IMG/VR virus record: IMGVR_UViG_3300049914_000047
Span: 1-40,353 of that record
Length of the DNA: 40,353 nucleotides
Strand: one strand, 5' to 3'
From: a virus
Taxonomy: Duplodnaviria; Caudoviricetes
Shown here: one piece after another, positions 27,347 through 36,921 of the stretch
How positions within the stretch are numbered: position 1 is the first letter of the stretch
Layout: every line of letters begins with the position of its first letter
Position numbers and translations under genes: made by a program
Notes under the pieces: generated by a model
The model's input: only the letters and a program-made list of their open reading frames with translations
Databases searched by the model: none
What the model was told of the DNA's origin: nothing

Positions 27347-27868
27347 GTGGAAGATAAAATAAAGATCCCTTCGCCTGAAGAGGGAAAGCCGTTCCCAAAA
27401 GCATATTACAATATCAAAGGAACGGTCTGGAAACAGGATCAATTGGAGTACGCGGAAGACTGCCAGGCACTTGATATAATTAAAAAACTCATGACTAATA
27501 AAAAGGTCGATAGTATAGTATTCGGCGTTATGCAATTTATGGCGGCTCCTGAGTTACCGGATCTATTCGCAATCTGCTTGAAACCTTATACACCGAATAT
27601 ATGGGCAAGATTGAAACAGAGATATTATGCGTGGAAAAACAAAGTCGATTTGAAAGCGCCGATTAAAATCATGCAGGGTTGGCAGAGAAAAAAAATATTG
27701 GAGGATTTTTTTTTCTTCAACGTTGCATCGAGATGGAACTCGGACGCTTCGGACTTTATCTCGAGCTTGATTGGGGGGATCTCAAAAAACCTCGCGGAGA
27801 TAAAGTTCGATGGGAAGAATCAATCTTCAATGCCGCAGGCGGAAAATTCGCAGACAGAGAAAAAATAA
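27347..27868 (+). CDS. Tail assembly chaperone (G-like)
   Basis: AAGGAG SD with GTG at 27347; contains a slippery T9C tract; lies upstream of the TMP. Confidence 0.65.
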   Translation: MEDKIKIPSPEEGKPFPKAYYNIKGTVWKQDQLEYAEDCQALDIIKKLMTNKKVDSIVFGVMQFMAAPELPDLFAICLKPYTPNIWARLKQRYYAWKNKVDLKAPIKIMQGWQRKKILEDFFFFNVASRWNSDASDFISSLIGGISKNLAEIKFDGKNQSSMPQAENSQTEKK

Positions 27869-28002
27869 TGCAGGCACCGGCTGTTGAGATATTCAAATGG
27901 TTCTTGATCTCGGCAAAACAATGCCAGCGAGCTGAGGATGAAAGAGCGTTAAGAGAATACGAACATGAGGCTGAACAATACAATCCTTGCAGAAAGAATT
28001 AA
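27706..28002 (+). CDS. -1 frameshift extension of the tail assembly chaperone (GT-like)
   Basis: The -1 frame is open from the slippery site to the stop at 28002, directly before the TMP ATG. Confidence 0.65.
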   Translation, partial: FFFLQRCIEMELGRFGLYLELDWGDLKKPRGDKVRWEESIFNAAGGKFADREKIMQAPAVEIFKWFLISAKQCQRAEDERALREYEHEAEQYNPCRKN

Positions 28003-29682
28003 ATGGGACGATTAAGTGCACAATTCGGGTTAGATAACGCTGAAGCTGATGCTGCTATAGCCAAAACCGATGCTGGTATAAAGAAATTAACGCAATCCCT
28101 TGAGGAAGCGGATGCGGAATTTTCTGCATCTCCGTCTGTTATTGGCGGAGCCACTACAGCGACCAATACTCATGGCAAAGCTGTTTCCGGAGTAACTAAA
28201 TTTATAAAGGAACAAAGAACCGAGCAAAGGCTGCAGAACTTTGTTATCCGTGAATCAACACAGATGTTAATGTTCGCTGTATTTGCATTATCTGTTTTTG
28301 CTAATCAGGAGGAAGATGCACATAGCACTACAAAAAAACTTACTCAATCTGTTACTGCAGGCATAGGAGCGTTTATGGGTTTAGATTTTGCTCTCGCAGC
28401 AATGGGAGCTGGTGTATGGGGAGTGGCTATAGCCGGAGCAATTGGGTTAGCAACTGCGATCTTTACGATGACCAATAATGCCGCAGAGAGCAAAGCACGC
28501 ATGAAGGAACTGAAAGAAGAGATAGATGATTTTAACAAGGGGATCGGTCTTAAGGAAGCACAGAGAGAATATGATATAACCGCAAAAAAAATAAAAACCA
28601 ATGAAGAATTGGTCGAGAGTTTAAACAAGAAAATTAAAGAAGGAACAAGAATAAAAACGGCACAGGGAATGACCAATGTTTTTTTAGATCAAAAGGAATT
28701 TGAATCGATAAATAAAAAGATTTTGACAGCTGAGAATATGATTAAAGCCGACAAGCTGCAATTAGAAGGGAAAAGTAAAATCCTTGCAGCCGAAAAACAA
28801 GCAGCACTAGAAAGACAACGATATGAGGGTTCGCCGGAAGAACAAGTCAAGGCTCAGGCAGATGCGGATAAGAAATGGTTTGCACAGAGGTACGATGAAC
28901 AAAAGAAAATTGACGCTCAGGAAGATGCAGCATTTACGAAATCGGAGAGCGATAGAAAGAGTCTCTTAGAATTGAATTATCAACTTACCGGGAATCTGGA
29001 CGAATATATTAAAGGTTTGCGCAACGAACAGGAACTTACTTCTGATATCGTAGAGAAAAAAGAGTATGAAGTAAAAATCCAAAAGGCGATAAACGATGAG
29101 GCCAAGAAAACGAAGAAAATATTTGATCAAGTTGCAGTTTCTACCGATTTGGCTAAAGGAGCTGTGTCCGGTTTGTTTTATTATATGAATAGAAATATGC
29201 GTGAAGCCAGGGGGACGTGGGATGCTATGTGGATTGAAATGCAGCAAGCAGCAATAAGAGCAATTGAAGCTGTAATGGAAAAGTTTATTTTTGCTCAGAT
29301 ATTAAACTTTCTGCTTCCCGGAGCAGGAGTTTTAGCAACAGGAGCAGGTGCAGGAGCAACAGGTGCGAGTCATGCAGGCGGTGGTTACACAGGATCCGGC
29401 AATAGATACGATATAGCCGGCTATGTTCACAGGGGAGAGGTTATATTCGAGAAGCCGGTCGTTGACAAAGTAGGCGCGAATCGATTACTTGCTTTAAGAG
29501 CGTCTCTGCAATCTTCGCCTTCGTCTTCAAGCGGTGGAAATTATTCCGGCGGCGGACTGGTAAAAGACAATCCAAAAATAAATATCCCACCTCCGCAAAT
29601 AGTTCCATTATTAAAAGCGGATGGACTTTACGCGTTAGTACAATATGGCAAACAAATACGAAACGGAAAAATAAGCAAATGA
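28003..29682 (+). CDS. Tape measure protein (short, 559 aa)
   Basis: Ala/Gly-rich and coiled-coil; C-terminal GGYTG.G.RY.IAG.VHRGE motif. Confidence 0.85.
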   Translation: MGRLSAQFGLDNAEADAAIAKTDAGIKKLTQSLEEADAEFSASPSVIGGATTATNTHGKAVSGVTKFIKEQRTEQRLQNFVIRESTQMLMFAVFALSVFANQEEDAHSTTKKLTQSVTAGIGAFMGLDFALAAMGAGVWGVAIAGAIGLATAIFTMTNNAAESKARMKELKEEIDDFNKGIGLKEAQREYDITAKKIKTNEELVESLNKKIKEGTRIKTAQGMTNVFLDQKEFESINKKILTAENMIKADKLQLEGKSKILAAEKQAALERQRYEGSPEEQVKAQADADKKWFAQRYDEQKKIDAQEDAAFTKSESDRKSLLELNYQLTGNLDEYIKGLRNEQELTSDIVEKKEYEVKIQKAINDEAKKTKKIFDQVAVSTDLAKGAVSGLFYYMNRNMREARGTWDAMWIEMQQAAIRAIEAVMEKFIFAQILNFLLPGAGVLATGAGAGATGASHAGGGYTGSGNRYDIAGYVHRGEVIFEKPVVDKVGANRLLALRASLQSSPSSSSGGNYSGGGLVKDNPKINIPPPQIVPLLKADGLYALVQYGKQIRNGKISK

Positions 29683-31457
29683 ATGTACTCACCATACCGC
29701 CTTCCTGGGATTTTGGTAATGTCGGATTGAGCCCTTTGTATTCTGATATACAATTAGCTATCACAGCTAACATAGCAAATACCGGTGATGTTTCCGTAAC
29801 TATTCCCTCGGGCACGGCTCCATTTACCGTTGTGTCCGGCAACGGAGTAGTTTCCTTAGGCCCGGGGGATACAGTTTTTTTTACGGTTCGATACGAGCCA
29901 ACAGATTATGGAACAGATATTGGAACGCTTTCAATTACTCATGATGCGGATTCACCGGCAAGTCCATTCGATATAGATCTGTCCGGAGTTGGAGTAAGAT
30001 TTATCGAGTATTCACTTCCTATTATCTACAAATGTGCTGCAGGCACATTAAAACTTTATCTTTACGTCGACCCCTCTCTTCCAGTGCTAACGATACCGAC
30101 TATAACAAAAATTTTTAATCTTGGCAAATTTAAAGAATTGATAGACTTTGAGGCCGGGGTTGTTGACATACAGCAGGTCGACACCGAATTAATTGAAGAA
30201 TATTCTACATATCCAGAAGGATTCTGGTATAAAATCATTAATGGTTATCCGACTAAAGACGTAGAATTAATGTTCACATTGATGGAAGGAGCTGTCTGGA
30301 CATTTCTTTTTAGAGGCCGTATTTATAGAAGCGGTACGATAGCTATCGAGAAATATATAACGGCCAGCACAAAAGTCAGAGGGATGGGTTTACAATTAAT
30401 ATCTTCGCTTGATCTTCTAAAAACGGTAACAATATCAGATTTAATAACTGAATGTCGATTACACACAATTTATTCAGCAGCGTTTGGACAATATGTTATT
30501 CCACTTGGAACGATTGTAGCATGTATGATAAAACTTGCATACGGAATAGCGTATGATTCTACTTTAGTTATTAATAACTCGGATGATGTAAAAGTATATA
30601 TAGAGGGAGGAGGAGCAGAAAATACATGGGATATAGCCGCTTTACCCATTGAAGATGGAAGCCATAATTTAATTGGTTTCTTTGAAAAAAGTACAGGAAA
30701 TACTGCTGGATGGTATAATCGTTTTGCAAATGCCTTCGATCTATTATTCAACATTATTAAACCATTTGGTGTCATTCCAAAGTATATGTTTGGAGATGTC
30801 AATGGTTTAATTGATGCGAATCCAACGAATAATAATCATCGTTTAATATTTGATTCTAGAGGGCGTTCTGCAGGTGAGATTACAATGGTAGGAGGGATTA
30901 AAGATAAGGAATCGGAATTATTAAGCGAATCGGTGTTAAAAGCACAAAATGTCCGCGTAATGGATTTTCGCTATAATATTCTTTCATACTGGTATCTTAA
31001 TGATGTTTTGCAAAAGGGAGACACACCACCGTTCGCAACGTTTGATATTGATTTCTCAGTGGATTTTCAGGTTTATTATTCCATCGATATGCCAACATGG
31101 GATTTAATTTTGTATGACGATTATACAGGGACATATAATAGTTTGGCAACAGCATGTCTTTGGTGGAATTATTCAACAGGTGGATGGGGGATAGTTACGG
31201 GTTACGGTTCTGATAATTGTCTCGCAAAAGGATCTTCTCAGTATTATAAAAATAGATTCGCGAATGGTCGTACTCAGTATACGCGCACATACAAAAGCAT
31301 CAAAGCTAACAACGGATCGAGTGATTCCCATAGATGGCTTCAAACATTGAAGCGGCATGTAATTAACGACGGCGTTACACCTAGAACATATTATTTGACA
31401 AGTCTTGAGAAAGATATCGGATCGAATGAATCATCGGCAGTTTTGGTTGAGGAATAA
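29679..31457 (+). CDS. Tail tip/baseplate hub-like protein with an N-terminal Ig-like domain
   Basis: DFGNV...TANIANTGD...TVRYEPT...LSITHDA...LSGVG; follows the TMP. Confidence 0.55.
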   Translation: MNVLTIPPSWDFGNVGLSPLYSDIQLAITANIANTGDVSVTIPSGTAPFTVVSGNGVVSLGPGDTVFFTVRYEPTDYGTDIGTLSITHDADSPASPFDIDLSGVGVRFIEYSLPIIYKCAAGTLKLYLYVDPSLPVLTIPTITKIFNLGKFKELIDFEAGVVDIQQVDTELIEEYSTYPEGFWYKIINGYPTKDVELMFTLMEGAVWTFLFRGRIYRSGTIAIEKYITASTKVRGMGLQLISSLDLLKTVTISDLITECRLHTIYSAAFGQYVIPLGTIVACMIKLAYGIAYDSTLVINNSDDVKVYIEGGGAENTWDIAALPIEDGSHNLIGFFEKSTGNTAGWYNRFANAFDLLFNIIKPFGVIPKYMFGDVNGLIDANPTNNNHRLIFDSRGRSAGEITMVGGIKDKESELLSESVLKAQNVRVMDFRYNILSYWYLNDVLQKGDTPPFATFDIDFSVDFQVYYSIDMPTWDLILYDDYTGTYNSLATACLWWNYSTGGWGIVTGYGSDNCLAKGSSQYYKNRFANGRTQYTRTYKSIKANNGSSDSHRWLQTLKRHVINDGVTPRTYYLTSLEKDIGSNESSAVLVEE

Positions 31458-32063
31458 ATGAGACACAGCGTGATATTTGCATATAATACTACCGATTCAA
31501 TTCCGGCCGCCGGATCCTACAGGGTCACCTATTTAATTGCCTATGCAAATGGAAATAAATCCATAAAGGTCCAAGACACAGATCTTTTAATCGACAAAAC
31601 AATAAATAAAACATTCTACGGATTGCGAAGGAAGTTGGAATTTGTAATCGGTAAGGATCTCTTGAAGATTTCTACAAATAGAGATTGGTTCCGCGCGTAC
31701 TTTGAAGCGGCATATCGATGGGCTATATATGTGAATTTTAAAAGCGTAGATGCTCAGTTATTGTTTGGGACCGGAAGTTCGGGAACAAGTATAGTTTTAA
31801 ATTCGGCTGCAAGCGCAGTTGACGATATGTATAACGGTTTAATAATAACCAAAGTTGCAACGAGTGAAACAAGAACGATTACTGATTATACGGGATCATC
31901 AAAGACGGCAATCGTTGATTCGGCTTTTGCAGCGGATCCTGTCAATACAGATTATTATACGATCGATAATCTCTGCAAAGCTGAATTGGAAGAAGATGAG
32001 GTAGAAGTAAACGTGCAAAGAGATGCACAAAAGTATGTTTTATTTTCAGCGGATATTTACTAA
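31458..32063 (+). CDS. Minor tail protein
   Basis: DDMYNG...ETRTITDYTGSSKTAIVD motif seen in phage structural proteins. Confidence 0.55.
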   Translation: MRHSVIFAYNTTDSIPAAGSYRVTYLIAYANGNKSIKVQDTDLLIDKTINKTFYGLRRKLEFVIGKDLLKISTNRDWFRAYFEAAYRWAIYVNFKSVDAQLLFGTGSSGTSIVLNSAASAVDDMYNGLIITKVATSETRTITDYTGSSKTAIVDSAFAADPVNTDYYTIDNLCKAELEEDEVEVNVQRDAQKYVLFSADIY

Positions 32064-32359
32064 TGAACGAAAACGACATCCTTTCTATACGCGAAATATT
32101 CAGGCAGGAAATAAAACCTTTGCAGGATGAGGTTGCAAAGCAAGGGAAATTATCGGACAAAATACATCAAACGGTTTACGGTTCGGACGGAGAGGGCGGT
32201 ATGCGTCATATCATGTCAGTTCAAAATAAAGAGATAGAAGAGCTGAAAACATTTCGGACGCAAGTAAAGACTATTGCGGTTACTGTATTTCCATTAGTAC
32301 AAGCAGGAATTACGGTGTCTGTGTTATGGATAAAATCTATTTTTAGTGGCAAGGGTTAA
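32063..32359 (+). CDS. Coiled-coil protein with a C-terminal TM (holin/antiholin-like)
   Basis: YGSDGEGGM followed by a single TM; first gene of the lysis region. Confidence 0.55.
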   Translation: MNENDILSIREIFRQEIKPLQDEVAKQGKLSDKIHQTVYGSDGEGGMRHIMSVQNKEIEELKTFRTQVKTIAVTVFPLVQAGITVSVLWIKSIFSGKG

Positions 32360-32410
32360 ATTATAATCACTAATAAAAATCAACTCACAAAACGATCAAG
32401 GAGATCAGCC

Positions 32411-32656
32411 ATGAACACCAAAACTAAAGAACGATTTATGTATATACTCGGTGGCTTCGTTGTCGGATGTGCTGCCGGAGTTGTGATACTTCTCGTATTC
32501 CGGCCGGTGCCGCTTGAGAACAAAGATATTGTCAACATTGCTCTTGGCACATTGCTTGGGATGGCAGTAACAGTGGTCGGCTATTTCTATGGAAGTTCAA
32601 AGAGTTCTTCAGATAAGAACGAGATGCTCAGGCCGCCGGAAACCAAGCAGGAGTAA
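32411..32656 (+). CDS. Putative holin (2 TM)
   Basis: Two TM segments; VVGYFYGSSKSS. Confidence 0.7.
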   Translation: MNTKTKERFMYILGGFVVGCAAGVVILLVFRPVPLENKDIVNIALGTLLGMAVTVVGYFYGSSKSSSDKNEMLRPPETKQE

Positions 32657-32687
32657 CCTATAGAATGAATTTGTTTAGGAGTTAGTA

Positions 32688-33092
32688 ATGGCCGGTTTTA
32701 AGAAATCTTGGGCAGAGACGTCTCCGAACGAAAGTGGGTTTGTTAACAACTCCAAAGATAAGGGAAAGGAGACGTATCGTGGTATCACTACAAGAGACTG
32801 GCCTGACTGGGAAGGATGGTCAATCGTCCATAAAGCAATTAAGGATTTGGGAATAATTAATACTTTGGATTGTTCAAAGGATGTTAGGGAAAAGATTGAT
32901 AAAGTACTTGTAACTAACACACAACTAGACGGAATGGTACAATCGTTTTATAAAAAGAATTATTGGGATCCGATAGATTTGGATAAAGAACCTAGTCAAC
33001 TGATTGCAAATAAAGTGTTCGACATTTCGGTCAATATGGGTGTGCCTACAGCTAAACAGTTTTACCAAGAAGCTAAAGGAGGTATTGTATGA
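32688..33092 (+). CDS. Endolysin, glycoside hydrolase family 108
   Basis: E.GFVN..KDKG.ETY.GIT, FYKKNYWD, IANKVFD..VNMG. Confidence 0.85.
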   Translation: MAGFKKSWAETSPNESGFVNNSKDKGKETYRGITTRDWPDWEGWSIVHKAIKDLGIINTLDCSKDVREKIDKVLVTNTQLDGMVQSFYKKNYWDPIDLDKEPSQLIANKVFDISVNMGVPTAKQFYQEAKGGIV

Positions 33093-33403
33093 AAGTTCAA
33101 GTGCTGTCATTGTTATTAATTCTTCTTTGGCTATCCTCTTGTACCGATAGTTATAATTCGGGTTATAATGAAGCCAGCAAAGATTCCCAAATAACAATTG
33201 ACAGTCTGAAGATTAGGTGTTATAACATTCAAAGCAGATGTGACAGTATCGAAGATAAGTACTATGAACAAACTATTCTCATTAAGTTGACTGAATTGCA
33301 ATGCAAGAAATATGCTAAGATTGTTAAAAACAACTCGAATCAGTCGGTGTTCATTGTGGGTTGGACCGACAGAGCATTTTCGTGGGTAAGCAAGAAGAAG
33401 TAA
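33089..33403 (+). CDS. Putative lipoprotein (spanin-like)
   Basis: Lipobox LSSC followed by a coiled-coil. Confidence 0.55.
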   Translation: MKVQVLSLLLILLWLSSCTDSYNSGYNEASKDSQITIDSLKIRCYNIQSRCDSIEDKYYEQTILIKLTELQCKKYAKIVKNNSNQSVFIVGWTDRAFSWVSKKK

Positions 33404-33415
33404 AAAGCTATTGAA

Positions 33416-33553
33416 ATGGAATTTTTTGAATTAATAGAAATTGGCATTATTGCCGGCTTTGTGTTTTATGTCCTTTATTGGATATTAGGCTATTTATGCT
33501 GGCGATTTGGTGCACCGAAATATGAAGCAGATAACGAAGGAGATGAACGATGA
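33416..33553 (+). CDS. Small membrane protein (45 aa)
   Basis: MEFFELIEIGIIAGFVFYVLYWILGYLCW...; ATGA overlap with the next gene. Confidence 0.45.
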   Translation: MEFFELIEIGIIAGFVFYVLYWILGYLCWRFGAPKYEADNEGDER

Positions 33554-34032
33554 AAAATTTTATTGTTATAGTAACACTGTTATTTCTTTGTTCTTGCAGT
33601 CGCGTGAAGGATATCACAAAAGACATTCCTGTTGTATATACACCGGATGCAATTACAGATTCGACAGAAGACTACACCACTGTTGAAAGTACACCTGAAT
33701 GTGCCGATCTGATAATGAAAGCAATCGATTCGGTTGCCCATTGGAATCAGGCACAAAAAAATGCGCAAGGGGATTCCTGGCGCATTAAATATGAAGCGGT
33801 GCGAGTAAAGGATAAACAAACCGGCGATTCACTTACCTTGCTACGATACAGGCTAGAAACCGAATTAAGTGTTCAACCCAAAAAAGATTCAACATCGATT
33901 AAGGTAAAAATTCAAGAGGTTGTTTCACTGTCGTGGTTTGAGAATTTACAGCTCAATAGTTGGTGGGGTGCGGTAGCATTGGATGCCATTCTTGCGCTTG
34001 GTGTGATTGTGATAATAAGAAAGCGAGCTTGA
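33550..34032 (+). CDS. Putative unimolecular spanin
   Basis: N-terminal lipobox (LCSC) and a C-terminal TM ending RKRA. Confidence 0.6.
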   Translation: MKNFIVIVTLLFLCSCSRVKDITKDIPVVYTPDAITDSTEDYTTVESTPECADLIMKAIDSVAHWNQAQKNAQGDSWRIKYEAVRVKDKQTGDSLTLLRYRLETELSVQPKKDSTSIKVKIQEVVSLSWFENLQLNSWWGAVALDAILALGVIVIIRKRA

Positions 34033-34075
34033 AGTTCCCCTAAATCCGGCTCCCAGCCGGTCAATGCAGATCGAG

Positions 34076-34107
34076 AATCCCGATGTTGCTTGGCATCGGG
34101 ATTTTTT
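34076..34107 (+). terminator. Rho-independent terminator of the late operon
   Basis: AATCCCGATG...CATCGGGATT followed by TTTT. Confidence 0.8.
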
Positions 34108-34172
34108 ACTTGAAATAATCAGGGAAAAGGTTTATCTTGAGATCAAGATAGGCATATCTAGAGTTCATGAGC

Positions 34173-34209
34173 AGGCGTGCTGACCGCGGAAGGTTTGGCA
34201 CGCTTTTTT
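34173..34209 (+). terminator. Second terminator-like hairpin
   Basis: AGGCGTGCTGACC...GGTTTGGCACGCTTTTTT. Confidence 0.6.
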
Positions 34210-34211
34210 AT

Positions 34212-34703
34212 TTAGTAAATATAAAGTAAACCAAGCATAATTGACCTCCTAGTTCCTGCAAAGACTGACACACACCAATAACTACTAAATTTGTAAGAAG
34301 TAGTAAATATTACTCCCCACTTATTCGAAATTAAATCAGAAGTATGTCTTTCAAAATTTGTATAATAATCCTGATGATTTACTTCTCTTAACAAATCTGC
34401 CATAATTCCAAAAGAAAATCGATTTATTATATAACGAAGACCAAGATCTAATCCGAATTTATCTGGATTATTTGTGCCAAAATATGGAACATATACAGAT
34501 GCAAGATATATTAATCCATGTTGATGAAAGGGATCATCATTGGTAATATTACCTAATCCGAAATCCATTCCAAAACCTTTTCCAAAAGAGAAACCGACTT
34601 CTCCATGCAATACTTTCAGATCCATTGATTCTATAGAATCTATTTGAGCATGACCGTGAAAAATTGGGAAAATAATAAATAGGATTATCATTAATTTTTT
34701 CAT
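34212..34703 (-). CDS. Secreted outer-membrane beta-barrel-like protein
   Basis: AGGAG SD with ATG at 34703; signal peptide ending HA|Q; alternating strands; C-terminal Tyr. Confidence 0.65.
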   Translation of the reverse strand: MKKLMIILFIIFPIFHGHAQIDSIESMDLKVLHGEVGFSFGKGFGMDFGLGNITNDDPFHQHGLIYLASVYVPYFGTNNPDKFGLDLGLRYIINRFSFGIMADLLREVNHQDYYTNFERHTSDLISNKWGVIFTTSYKFSSYWCVSVFAGTRRSIMLGLLYIY

Positions 34704-34717
34704 GACAAATCTCCTTT

Positions 34718-35230
34718 TTAATAAAACAACCATTCAATACCTACCATCATATAGATGTTGGAACCGATTATCAAATTTGCACGGCATCTTTTATTGATCA
34801 TCGTGGACACTATTCCGGATATACCGAGAAATCTTTTTTCCTGAATCGGAGTATGCAAACCGCCGACTATATCTGAATAATAATTATCCCATTTGCGTTT
34901 AAAAAGAATATCGATACATGCTCCATAGCCCAAATGCTTTTTTATTATTCTATAGCCGAATGCAACTCCGAAAAAATCATGTCCGCTGCTGATAAGTTTT
35001 TGGTTATAAGTATTTCCTCGTGTACCTTGAGGATATGAATTATACCAATCTGCAGAATAAATAATGGAAAACAACTCGTTTCTATTTAACGTAGAATCAT
35101 TGATTCTGATTGCGTAAGATATGTTCAGTCCGTATCCTATTCCAACTAATCCGCCTAACCCGAATCTGCGATCTTGTGCTTTCATCGATCCTATAAATAG
35201 GACAAGTAGTAAAATGATTAATTTTTTCAT
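34718..35230 (-). CDS. Secreted outer-membrane beta-barrel-like protein
   Basis: Signal peptide ending KA|Q; amphipathic strands; C-terminal WLFY. Confidence 0.65.
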   Translation of the reverse strand: MKKLIILLLVLFIGSMKAQDRRFGLGGLVGIGYGLNISYAIRINDSTLNRNELFSIIYSADWYNSYPQGTRGNTYNQKLISSGHDFFGVAFGYRIIKKHLGYGACIDILFKRKWDNYYSDIVGGLHTPIQEKRFLGISGIVSTMINKRCRANLIIGSNIYMMVGIEWLFY

Positions 35231-35420
35231 TTTCCATCTCTTCTAAAACGGTGCGACACAATATAGCGATATTATCATTTAAAAATGTAATACGAGTTAT
35301 ATGAGTATTGTACTTCTTGGCAACCTGCCAATTGCTATGTGGTCCGGAGAGATCAAAGAGTAAGTCCTTTAATCCAGGCAGACCAATTTCTTTTTTAAGC
35401 TCTTTTATTATCCGGTCCAT
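35097..35420 (-). CDS. Hypothetical protein (possible HTH-like segment; 3' end overlaps the next gene)
   Basis: SNWQVAKKYNTH segment; operon context. Confidence 0.4.
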   Translation of the reverse strand: MDRIIKELKKEIGLPGLKDLLFDLSGPHSNWQVAKKYNTHITRITFLNDNIAILCRTVLEEMENEKINHFTTCPIYRIDESTRSQIRVRRISWNRIRTEHILRNQNQ

Positions 35421-35817
35421 TTTTTAAAAATCCCATAGCTTTACCCATAATTAACTGTAGTTCCGCTTCTTTACGCGCTTCTTTAATTTCTTCTACAAGA
35501 TCTTTGCGTCCCTGGTTTTCTTCCTCAAAATGTTCGATTATATGTTCCAAAAACTTTAAGGTTCCAATCCTAGGGCGCCAGGTCGGTTCCATTAAATCTA
35601 TCCTATCACGGCAAATCTGCGAAGCGGTTACGGGATTTTGAATTTCTCTGCCAATTTTCCCTAGATCCGGTTTTGTTATTTTTCTCCCGGGCCTTGGCTC
35701 AGGATTGCATGATTTTATGAATTTTACCAGACCGAGAAATCCACCATGTTTTTTATAAAAGGACTGAGCTTTCGAATAAGATTGCGGATAAGATTCCATC
35801 TCTAACTCCCTGTACAA
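35395..35817 (-). CDS. Hypothetical protein, possibly regulatory
   Basis: First gene of the leftward unit at a divergent promoter region; start may be the downstream Met. Confidence 0.55.
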   Translation of the reverse strand: MYRELEMESYPQSYSKAQSFYKKHGGFLGLVKFIKSCNPEPRPGRKITKPDLGKIGREIQNPVTASQICRDRIDLMEPTWRPRIGTLKFLEHIIEHFEEENQGRKDLVEEIKEARKEAELQLIMGKAMGFLKNGPDNKRA

Positions 35818-35927
35818 TAGACTGTTATAGGATAAGTAATTAATATGATTTTTAGTAGGGGAGAGGTCATATCAACAATGTCGTATTTTGCACAATTCCT
35901 TGTCATAAAATTACGGTAAAATTTAAC

Positions 35928-35956
35928 TTGACATTATTTGAGAAATTATATACACT
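35928..35956 (+). promoter_or_regulatory. Sigma70-type early rightward promoter
   Basis: TTGACA-17 nt-TACACT. Confidence 0.7.
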
Positions 35957-36409
35957 TAGCAAGTGTTAGTTAGGTGCGCCTCTATTCTGCATAATATACA
36001 GCATAGCACCAAATATTTTAGAGACGCTTAAAAAAATAAAATGATGCAATAGAACGCATCGAGATTTTTAAGAAAGCCTAACTGAACGATTGAAAATCAG
36101 TTGGGCTTTTTTATTGTACGCAATGGATTGCGAAAAGAAGAATTAAATTTCTCACGCAATCGGTTGCAACAACGATGAACAAGCATACGAGGAACGTATG
36201 GAAATAAAATCTCAACATTTGAACCTGAATCCGGCGAGGTACTTCACCGTACGTTCCTACTCGCCTATTCGGAATGCTCGGCAGTTCCCTGCCACTCCCT
36301 GCGGGGGACTGTTCGAGTGTTTTAATTTCAATCAATTCAATCACGAATCCAAAATCAAAATAAGATATGAGTAAGTCAAGGACAACGATTTCAGGGAAAC
36401 AGGGCAACT

Positions 36410-36685
36410 ATGGAAAAAACAGTCCGACTGTATAAAGGCGATATGGACGAGTTCGGCAAAATGCTATGGATTGAAATGGCAAAGAAAGCGGCACGGATGG
36501 GTATAGTAAACATACTCGAATTCTATTGCACCGAAGTAATACCATTGAATGAAAAAACCTTCCGCCGACGTCTAGCAGATTACAGATTATTCCTTATGCA
36601 TGAACTCAAAATCATTCAGGACTCTTTACAATCCGATATAGTGGAAGAAGAGATTTGCAAAATGTTCAGAGTATCTAAAAAATAA
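36410..36685 (+). CDS. Hypothetical protein, possibly DNA-binding
   Basis: First clear ORF of the rightward early operon. Confidence 0.65.
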   Translation: MEKTVRLYKGDMDEFGKMLWIEMAKKAARMGIVNILEFYCTEVIPLNEKTFRRRLADYRLFLMHELKIIQDSLQSDIVEEEICKMFRVSKK

Positions 36686-36687
36686 AA

Positions 36688-36921
36688 ATGGAACGCGTTA
36701 GCATCATAACAAGTGATGAAGGATTTTCTTCAATCTTTATCAGAGATGGAGAAAATATAATTGAAGCCGGCGGAACGAACCATCCCTGGCTTAGATTATT
36801 TTGGGCAGTCGGCAGGATGAAAGTTCTGAAAATAAAACAGATGATAAAGACAATTGGAAGTTATCTCAAATCAATTATGTTTTTCATCCATGCATTAAGA
36901 AAGAAAACAAATGACGGATGA
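36688..36921 (+). CDS. Hypothetical protein
   Basis: Operon spacing. Confidence 0.55.
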   Translation: MERVSIITSDEGFSSIFIRDGENIIEAGGTNHPWLRLFWAVGRMKVLKIKQMIKTIGSYLKSIMFFIHALRKKTNDG

